From: Promethearchaeota archaeon
GTDB taxonomy: Archaea; Asgardarchaeota; Lokiarchaeia; Sigyniarchaeales; SOKP01
Length of the DNA stretch: 36,564 bases
Assembly (NCBI GenBank): GCA_048941265.1
Contig: JBHLNT010000028.1
Coordinates: forward strand, 1 to 36,564
Direction of reading: 5' to 3'
The notes under the pieces were generated by a model that worked only from the letters and a program-made list of their open reading frames with translations, searched no databases and was not told the DNA's origin. Numbering within the stretch: the first letter of the stretch is position 1; each line of letters starts with the position of its first letter. The position numbers and the translations under genes are program-made. Below are positions 18,174 through 25,675 of the stretch, piece by piece.

Positions 18174-18272
18174 AAAGTAATGGTAATTTTGTTACTATAA
18201 AAGATTTATTGATCTAAATGTGAGCTTTAAAAAAATTGAATTCAAAATATTAAACAGAGCAGGCAAATAAAC

Positions 18273-19052
18273 TTAAAAAATATAATGACGATATTTTTTA
18301 ACAAAAATAGTTAGCTTATAAGTGTTTGGAATTATATAAATAAGTTCCGCTGATATTATCGTAATAATAAACCAATTCACATCAGATCGAGCTATAATAT
18401 AGAAAGATGAAGTCGATCGTTCTTGAAACAAAAAGAGATAAATTCCTTGGTTGAGATAGAGTATTATACCTATGCAGATTATAATTCCAGCAGCAGAAAA
18501 TACGATCACTTGATGTTCATTTTCCAAAATTCCTATTCCAGTATTAATTATAAATAAGAATAAAGCTAACAAAATTAGAATTTTAGATATATTTATCCAA
18601 GTCTCGAAATTTTCTGCTTTAAAAGCAATATTGCCCCCCCAGTTTAATAAATCAGTATACCGCATTAAATTTAAAAGAGATAACATAGATGACGCAATTA
18701 TAACTAATGATGATATGAAAAAGATCTTAATTGAAGAGAATCGAGTAAATTGTAGAAAACCATCTTCATCACTTTCACTCGATGTTAACATCTCATCTAT
18801 TTTCTTTTTAATATTTAGTGGAATCATTTCCTTAAGCTTTATTAATTTTAGATCCACATTTGGATAATTTGATAAAATACTTTCAATTGAATTATATCCT
18901 TTTTCAAGGCGTTCAGGGGAACTCTTTGGACCATTCCATACATAAAGAGCATTCTCATCTTCATCTAAAATTGCGCATAGATCATGTAAAAATAAGGTGT
19001 CTTCTTCGAGCCAGACTTTTTTATTTTCGTTATAAATATATGTCCTTAACAT
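18273..19052 (-). CDS. Gelsolin-like domain fused to four TM helices
   Basis: N-terminal LHDLCAILDEDENALYVWNGPKSSPERLEKG matches the gelsolin-repeat core (D.fILD....iyvW.G..s...e). Four hydrophobic helices follow from about residue 108. Confidence 0.7.
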   Translation of the reverse strand: MLRTYIYNENKKVWLEEDTLFLHDLCAILDEDENALYVWNGPKSSPERLEKGYNSIESILSNYPNVDLKLIKLKEMIPLNIKKKIDEMLTSSESDEDGFLQFTRFSSIKIFFISSLVIIASSMLSLLNLMRYTDLLNWGGNIAFKAENFETWINISKILILLALFLFIINTGIGILENEHQVIVFSAAGIIICIGIILYLNQGIYLFLFQERSTSSFYIIARSDVNWFIITIISAELIYIIPNTYKLTIFVKKYRHYIF

Positions 19053-19156
19053 TAATATTCAAATATTCTTAAACTTCAAATTTTTTATTTTATAAGTTAT
19101 AAAATTTTTTAAAAAAGAAGATTCTTGTAAAAATTAAAGGAAAATGCATTTATAAA

Positions 19157-20071
19157 TCAGATCCCAAGTAATTCTTGGGATTCTATTCTCCTCTTGATGT
19201 CAATCCACATGTCATTAATATATTTCTTGTATCCTTCAATTTCGGCTTGAGAGATGTTATTAAATCTTTTTTGAGCTTTAAAATAATCTTCAATAGGCTT
19301 TCGCTTGGATGGTTCTAAGTATTTTTTACTATCTTTTGATAAGATAAACTCAGCATTGATTATTTCATAGAGGGGCCAAAAACCTGTTTCATTTGCTAAT
19401 CTTCCTATTTTTATTGAATCTTTCGGATCATACCCCCATCCTGGAGGACAGGCAGAGAGAATGTGAATATATTTAGCACCTTTGATATCTCGTGCTTTTT
19501 GAAACTTTTCGTATAAATCAAGAGGATATGAGCCATTAGCAGTTGCGACGTAGGGGATTCCATGAGCTTCTAATATCTTAGGCATATTTTTCTTAGGTCT
19601 GATCTTTCCGCCAGGAGTTGTGGCTGTAAAAGCTCCTAAAGGTGTTGATCCACTCCTTTGAACCCCAGTATTCATATAAGCCTCGTTGTCATAGCAAGCA
19701 TAAATAAAATTAGTTCCTCTCTCAACAGCTCCGCTTAGTGCTTGGATACCAATATCGGTGGTACCACCATCCCCTGCGAAAGCTACAACGCAAATTTCAT
19801 CTGCCAATCCTTTTTCTTCTAAAGATGCAACGATACCTGAGGCTGCCGCACCTGTGGTTGCGAAAGGAGTATGAAGTACTGAAACATTAGTGGTACAAAA
19901 ACCCTGCATTCCATGAAGAACAGTAAGACAGGAAGCAGGTACAGTCAATATTGTCTTTGGTCCAAGAGCCTTAAGTGCGATTCGATAAATTAAGGCCATT
20001 GCACATCCAGAACACATTCTCGTTCCCGGATTTATAAATTCCTCTTCTCGAACATCCATAACATTTACCAT
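19157..20071 (-). CDS. porB: 2-oxoacid (pyruvate/2-ketoisovalerate):ferredoxin oxidoreductase beta subunit
   Basis: MCSGCA, TPP-binding GDGG...DIG...DNEAYMNTGVQRS, CPPGW. Confidence 0.92.
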   Translation of the reverse strand: MVNVMDVREEEFINPGTRMCSGCAMALIYRIALKALGPKTILTVPASCLTVLHGMQGFCTTNVSVLHTPFATTGAAASGIVASLEEKGLADEICVVAFAGDGGTTDIGIQALSGAVERGTNFIYACYDNEAYMNTGVQRSGSTPLGAFTATTPGGKIRPKKNMPKILEAHGIPYVATANGSYPLDLYEKFQKARDIKGAKYIHILSACPPGWGYDPKDSIKIGRLANETGFWPLYEIINAEFILSKDSKKYLEPSKRKPIEDYFKAQKRFNNISQAEIEGYKKYINDMWIDIKRRIESQELLGI

Positions 20072-20077
20072 TTTTTA

Positions 20078-20083
20078 CACCTC
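20078..20083 (-). promoter_or_regulatory. Shine-Dalgarno site of porB
   Basis: GAGGTG located 6 nt upstream of the ATG at 20071, in the 14-nt porA-porB gap. Confidence 0.6.
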
Positions 20084-20085
20084 AT

Positions 20086-21348
20086 TTAATCTAAAAAATC
20101 TAATTCATCTAATTTCAAGCCATAAAATTCTGTTTCATAAGTGATTTCTCCTTTTTTAGACAATTCTAAGGCCCTATGAACTCCTTGTATAATATGCTCC
20201 CCCTTGACATCTCTTCCACCTAAACCTACAATAAAACCCTTAATAAAGGGAGGATTTTGTAAACCATAAAGTGCTGCTTTTAATTCATAACATAGTACCC
20301 CTTCATAACCATATCCAATAGCTCTGTCGAATACAACTATATTCTTTATACCTTTAAAAAAGTCTCTTAAGTACTTCACAGGGAAGGGTCTAAATAATCT
20401 TAAGGTGACCAATCCTATTTTCAACCCTTCATTTCGGAGTTTTTCGATCACTGTTCTGGCTTGTGCCGAAACGGAACCCATAGCAAAAATAATTGTGTCC
20501 GCGTCCTCTGTTTTATATGTCTTAAATAAGCCATTCCCATAAGATCTGCCAAATTTTGCTGCATACTCATCATGTACATCCTTTATTATATCAATTGAAT
20601 TTTCTAAAGCTTTTTGTAAAGCGTATCTAAATTCATAATATCCTGGAGCAGTGCCTTCTTCTCTTTTTATAATATTTGGAGTAGTTACAGGTCCAACTCC
20701 CTTTATTTGAGAAATATCTGAGAGATTAATATGATGTTTTAATGGGGGTAAGAAATCATCAATATCTTCCTGATTTTCCAATTGTACAGGCATTAATGTG
20801 TGGGATAATAAATAACCATCATACGCGACGATAGTTGGTACATAAACCCTTGGATCTTCAGCGATTTTAAAAGCTTGGAAATTAGTATCATATATCTCTT
20901 GATTGTCTTCACACATAAACTGGATCCAACCAACGTCTCTTGCTGCAATGAAGTCAGAGTGATCATCCCATATACTCCATGGAGCACCACAGCTTCTAGT
21001 AGCTAAATTTATAACTATGGGTAATCTAGTTCCCGCAGCCCACGGCAACATTTCATACATCAGCAATAAACCATGAGCAGAAGTGGCTGTACCAACTCTA
21101 GAACCTGTGGCTGAAGCAGCGCAGCAAGCTGCTGCTGCTGAATGTTCAGATTCAACCATTAAGAATTTAGCCTTCAATTTCCCTTCATTGATGAATTCTG
21201 AAATTTTTTCAACAACTGGGCTCTGAGGAGTTATTGGATATGCAGATACTACGCCTACTCTAGCTTGCATATAAGCGTGAGCTGCTGCATGATTTCCTGT
21301 TAAAATTTTTATATTTTTTTCATTACTTTTTATTTCAGTTTGGGTCAC
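20086..21348 (-). CDS. porA: 2-oxoacid:ferredoxin oxidoreductase alpha subunit
   Basis: TGNHAAA, AYPITPQS, VESEHSA, TATSAHGL, RLFRPFP, GLGGRD. GTG start overlaps the porD stop (GTGA). Confidence 0.93.
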   Translation of the reverse strand: MTQTEIKSNEKNIKILTGNHAAAHAYMQARVGVVSAYPITPQSPVVEKISEFINEGKLKAKFLMVESEHSAAAACCAASATGSRVGTATSAHGLLLMYEMLPWAAGTRLPIVINLATRSCGAPWSIWDDHSDFIAARDVGWIQFMCEDNQEIYDTNFQAFKIAEDPRVYVPTIVAYDGYLLSHTLMPVQLENQEDIDDFLPPLKHHINLSDISQIKGVGPVTTPNIIKREEGTAPGYYEFRYALQKALENSIDIIKDVHDEYAAKFGRSYGNGLFKTYKTEDADTIIFAMGSVSAQARTVIEKLRNEGLKIGLVTLRLFRPFPVKYLRDFFKGIKNIVVFDRAIGYGYEGVLCYELKAALYGLQNPPFIKGFIVGLGGRDVKGEHIIQGVHRALELSKKGEITYETEFYGLKLDELDFLD

Positions 21349-21644
21349 TCAGGTTTCACCTCTACCATGGTTATAGCATTTACCGGACACTCTTCCATAC
21401 AGATTCCACACCCCTTACAGTACTCTAAGTCTATTTCAGGAGGGATAGTTCGGGTTACAACTGCCTCAGGACAATAAAGCCAACAATTAAAACAAGCAGC
21501 TTTTCCAGATTTTGCAGGGATGCATTTCTCGAGGTCTATTTTGGGTTTAAAATTGCTCCATGTTCCAGTTTTTCCAGCTTCACCTTTTACTGGTTTCTGA
21601 ACTGAAGCTAATATCTTTTGGTAATCTTTTTTTGAATCAGTCAT
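21345..21644 (-). CDS. porD: 2-oxoacid:ferredoxin oxidoreductase delta subunit (2x[4Fe-4S])
   Basis: KTGTW...KP; C-x9-CFNCWLYCP; YCKGCGICMEECP. ATG 21644 preferred (track GTG 21653). Confidence 0.9.
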   Translation of the reverse strand: MTDSKKDYQKILASVQKPVKGEAGKTGTWSNFKPKIDLEKCIPAKSGKAACFNCWLYCPEAVVTRTIPPEIDLEYCKGCGICMEECPVNAITMVEVKPE

Positions 21645-21872
21645 AGTATTCACTAAATTAGACTATTCGAATATTAAAAGAACTAATAAATTAAAGAATA
21701 AAATTCTTCCTATTTAAAATAATAAGCAGTTTTCTAATAAAAAGAAAATATTTTTCAGAATAGTCATTCACATGAAAGGTTTAGATTTACCTAAGTCTTA
21801 GAGATAAATATGATGGAATCTTTATATTGATTTCAATTATAATTATATAAGAAAGAATTTCGATGGTTAAAA

Positions 21873-22472
21873 TTATAAACTTTTTGCTAAATTATATCCT
21901 TCTTGGATTAATTCGATGTTTAGCTTTGCTATTTCATCACTCATCCTTTTTTGAACAACTTTATTTATATTCTCCAAGTTAAGTTCTCTTAAAGATCGAG
22001 AAAGTAGACCTAATATTGGAGTATTAACCATGGGAGCTCCATCAATGATTAATCCTCTTTCTGTAGCCAATTTATTGATATCAGCAACTATGATTTTGTT
22101 ACTTTTAGGTAATTGGAATTTTTCAGCAAAAAATTTAGGCTCTTTATCAGAATTTATGATAAAAATTCCATTTTTTTCTAATGAGCTTGCAATGGTTTGA
22201 TTGAGAACAGTTTCATCCAAAACTATAATGATGTTGGGGTGTTCAATAGCCGCGCGATCCCATATCTTTTCATTCCTTGAGAGTTTAGCAAACGCCTGCA
22301 CTGGAGTGCCCCTTCTTTCTGTCCCAAAAGTGGGATAGGCTTGAACGTCCGCAAAATTTCCACTTAAATACGCCGCCTCTGCGATTATTTCACAAGCTGT
22401 GACAGCTCCCATCCCTCCTCGACCAATAATTACAATACTAATAGTGTCCCAGTCAGAATTTTTTTCTGTCAT
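21873..22472 (-). CDS. porG: 2-oxoacid:ferredoxin oxidoreductase gamma subunit
   Basis: GRGGMGAVTA, PTFGTERRGTPV, VLDETV, IINS, NTPILG. ATG 22472 preferred (track TTG 22484). Confidence 0.9.
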   Translation of the reverse strand: MTEKNSDWDTISIVIIGRGGMGAVTACEIIAEAAYLSGNFADVQAYPTFGTERRGTPVQAFAKLSRNEKIWDRAAIEHPNIIIVLDETVLNQTIASSLEKNGIFIINSDKEPKFFAEKFQLPKSNKIIVADINKLATERGLIIDGAPMVNTPILGLLSRSLRELNLENINKVVQKRMSDEIAKLNIELIQEGYNLAKSL

Positions 22473-22656
22473 TAAAAAAACCAAATTTAGAAAACAAAAA
22501 AATGAAAACCTATATTTTAATATGAAATATAATTAAAAATTAAAAATTTTCCATAATGAACCATTTGTTTTATAAAAAATAATAATGATAATAAAGGCGA
22601 TGATATTATTTATTAATCATAAAGCTTGTATTATGCTCAAAATTTAAGTTTTAAAA

Positions 22657-23508
22657 ATGATGGTAATGAAACATGAAACAGGATATTTTGATGGACGAGA
22701 AAATAAAAAATTATTTTATCAAAATTGGCTACCAGAGGGAGATATTAAAGCCTGCATAGTTGCAATGCACGATTGGGGCACTCATTCAGATAGAATAAAA
22801 TATCTAGCTCAATATTTCACGGAAAAAGGATATGCTGTCTATGCATTCGATTTAAGGGGACATAGGAGAAATGCTGGGGATTTTCCAGGTCATATGGATG
22901 ATATGGATCATATTCAAAAAGATATTGTATTATTTATAGATGTAATTAAAAACGCCTTGGGAAAGAAAAAAATATTTGTGACGGGGCACTCATTCGGGGG
23001 ATTAATTAGTTTAATTTTTGCAATTAATCATCCTGCTTTACCAGGAGTGGTTGTATCCTCTCCGGAGTTAGGCTTGCTAAAAAATTCATCGGTTGGAAAA
23101 AAAATCTCCAAAAAATTCTCTGGATCCCTTTCAAAATTGGCACCAACTAAAACTATAGAATGGATTGTGAATCAAAATCAGTTAACCGGAGATTTGAAAA
23201 TCTTACGGGAACATATTGCCGATAAAGAAAAAACAGAGATTATTTCAGTTAAATCTGCGGCAGAGATGAATAATTCAATGAAATTTGCTATGAAGAATGC
23301 AACAAACCTTTTATGCCCTGTTTTTATCATGCAAGCTGGAAATGATAAAATAGTAGATAAAGGAAAAACCAAGGAATTTTTTAACAAAATTAAAAGTGAA
23401 GATAAGACATACAAGGAATATGATGGATTTCTCCATGAATTATGGAATGAAAGAGGTCGTGCTCAAATTTATCAGGAGATGTTCATCTGGTTAGAAAAGC
23501 ACCTTTAA
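22657..23508 (+). CDS. Lysophospholipase / monoacylglycerol lipase-like alpha/beta hydrolase
   Basis: LFYQNW, FDLRGH, GHSFGG nucleophile, AGNDKIV, YDGFLHELWNE. Confidence 0.88.
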   Translation: MMVMKHETGYFDGRENKKLFYQNWLPEGDIKACIVAMHDWGTHSDRIKYLAQYFTEKGYAVYAFDLRGHRRNAGDFPGHMDDMDHIQKDIVLFIDVIKNALGKKKIFVTGHSFGGLISLIFAINHPALPGVVVSSPELGLLKNSSVGKKISKKFSGSLSKLAPTKTIEWIVNQNQLTGDLKILREHIADKEKTEIISVKSAAEMNNSMKFAMKNATNLLCPVFIMQAGNDKIVDKGKTKEFFNKIKSEDKTYKEYDGFLHELWNERGRAQIYQEMFIWLEKHL

Positions 23509-23541
23509 AAAAAGAAATAATCTAAATTTGTAAATTTTAAT

Positions 23542-24441
23542 TTACAAGCCAAACAGTTTTTTTGCGTTCTCTCCAAGAATTTTATTCTTTTCTTCTTCGG
23601 AGAATTCAGGTAAACCCATCATTTTCATAGGAGGAGGGAGTTTCATTTTTTTAATCTTTTCCACATATTCTTTTAAAGATAATATTGATGTGAATAAGGG
23701 CCAATCTGTACCAAATAGAATTTTATTAATCCCACAAGTCATCTTGGCTTCTATGAGAGCCTCGAAAAATGCAAATGGTGCTAATTTCATCTGAGGCTCC
23801 CATGCTGAAATATCAAGATAGACATTCGCATTTTTTGTAGCAACTGCAATAGCTTCTTTAGTCCATGGATCACCCATATGTGCCATAATAAAATTGATTT
23901 TTGGAAAGTCTACAGCGACTTTATCAACATAAATAGGTCGACAATATTTAAGGTAAGTACCGGTAGGACCTAACCCAGTATGACATAATATTGTGGCTCC
24001 AAGTTCTTCTACACGCTCGTAAAAAGGATAAAATTTTAAATCATCTGGATAAAATCCTGTGAGGGTCCATAATTTAACACCACTACAGCCTAGTTCATTT
24101 ACACATCTTTCCAACTCCTTAATTGCCTCTGTTCCCCTTCTAGGATCTATCCCAGCGAAACCGATAAATCTATCAGGATATCTATTAATATACTTTGCCA
24201 ATAAATCATTGTATTCCTTATAAGTAACTTTAGATCTAAAAATAAATTCACCATCTAAAGCAAGTAATACAGTTTTATCTATTCCAGCTTCGTCCATTTC
24301 TTTGATCAATCTTTCAGCACCAGCCTTTGATAGAAGAGAATAATCAAAATTGAATTGTTTCGCGATAGCACTTAAAACTCCTTTAAAGTCATCAGAAACT
24401 AAATCTGCTTCCCAAAAATGACAATGAGCATCAATAATCAA
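23542..24441 (-). CDS. Amidohydrolase-2 family metal-dependent hydrolase
   Basis: IIDAHCH, YPDRFIGF, LCHTG, MAHMG, VYLDIS, LFGTDWP, ILGENA. SD GAGGTGA sits 5 nt before TTG 24441, which favours this start over GTG 24450. Confidence 0.9.
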   Translation of the reverse strand: MIIDAHCHFWEADLVSDDFKGVLSAIAKQFNFDYSLLSKAGAERLIKEMDEAGIDKTVLLALDGEFIFRSKVTYKEYNDLLAKYINRYPDRFIGFAGIDPRRGTEAIKELERCVNELGCSGVKLWTLTGFYPDDLKFYPFYERVEELGATILCHTGLGPTGTYLKYCRPIYVDKVAVDFPKINFIMAHMGDPWTKEAIAVATKNANVYLDISAWEPQMKLAPFAFFEALIEAKMTCGINKILFGTDWPLFTSILSLKEYVEKIKKMKLPPPMKMMGLPEFSEEEKNKILGENAKKLFGL

Positions 24442-24618
24442 AAATTTCACCTCATATTTTTTACTGATTAAAATTCAGATTATTTCTTAATTTGGAATCG
24501 AAAATCTAAAACATTTTTAGATTAAATTGAATCAATTAATTCTAATAAAGCATCACATATAAATTAGATTCTCTAAATCTTTAAAATGAAAGAGAAATTT
24601 ATTAAATAATTTATATCT

Positions 24619-25407
24619 TTAAGGATATCTCTTATATAAATCTTGGATGATGTCTTCCAGTTCTTTCATGGTTTTTCTTTCCCTATACGCAATTTTACCA
24701 CATTCATCTTCTAAATCCATGCACGATTTTATATATGCTTTATTCATTATCGTGAGCATTACTTTCGTAAAGAATAGGAAGGGTGTTTGAATTTTACAAA
24801 GGTCTTTCGCAAAGGATAGCGTATCTTCATCAAGAGTTTCCTTTGGAAATATTCTTGTTGGGAAGTTTATGTTCTTTAATTCTTCCAAACCGATATTATC
24901 ACCGGTAAAAAGAAATTTCTTGGCATTGCTGAATCCAAAAGCTAATAAGGGCATGAGAGTTGCGCCAGTTTGGGGGAATGCTGAAATAACAAGCTCTGGT
25001 AATCTAATATATAGTTCCTCTTTCGGTCTGTCAGCAAAAATCCTTAAATCTGAAGCTACCATCATTAATACTCCAAAACCAACTGCAATACCTTGACATT
25101 GGGTAATCACTGTTTTTTTCATTAGCATTATTTTTTCATTAACTTTTCTGCCCCAGATAGTTACTAACTTCACATTTTCAGGATCTCCTTGGACTTGCTT
25201 TAGATCATACCCCGCAGAAAAGAATCTTTCCCCTGTACTCTTAATAATTATACATTTTACTTTCTCGTCTTCATCTGCTTTACTTAACATCTCATAGAGT
25301 GTCATTAACATTTCAATAGTGAAAGCATGTGCCTTTTCTGGTCGATTAATAGTGATTGTAGCAACACATCTTTTAACTTCATATAAAAGATTTTCTTGAT
25401 CGCTCAT
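24619..25407 (-). CDS. Crotonase (enoyl-CoA hydratase/isomerase) superfamily protein
   Basis: ITINRPEKAHA, FFSAGYDL, GIAVGFG, SDLRI, LPE. Confidence 0.88.
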   Translation of the reverse strand: MSDQENLLYEVKRCVATITINRPEKAHAFTIEMLMTLYEMLSKADEDEKVKCIIIKSTGERFFSAGYDLKQVQGDPENVKLVTIWGRKVNEKIMLMKKTVITQCQGIAVGFGVLMMVASDLRIFADRPKEELYIRLPELVISAFPQTGATLMPLLAFGFSNAKKFLFTGDNIGLEELKNINFPTRIFPKETLDEDTLSFAKDLCKIQTPFLFFTKVMLTIMNKAYIKSCMDLEDECGKIAYRERKTMKELEDIIQDLYKRYP

Positions 25408-25675
25408 ATTTATCTAAACTTAAAATATAATTTAAAATATATCAAAATTTACCCTAAGCATAAAAGAAGAGCGTTCATCTATCTATTTTTTCGAAGAGCA
25501 CTTAAAATATTAATAACCTCAATCCTAAACGATTGATTTTCGATGATTTATTGGTCTCCTAATAATAAAATATCTAATTGACTTCTTTATTATTGATATT
25601 AAAAAATTAACAATTACAATTAATAAAAATCATTTCAATAAATTATTGTACCAAAATACTAATTATTTATCTAAA

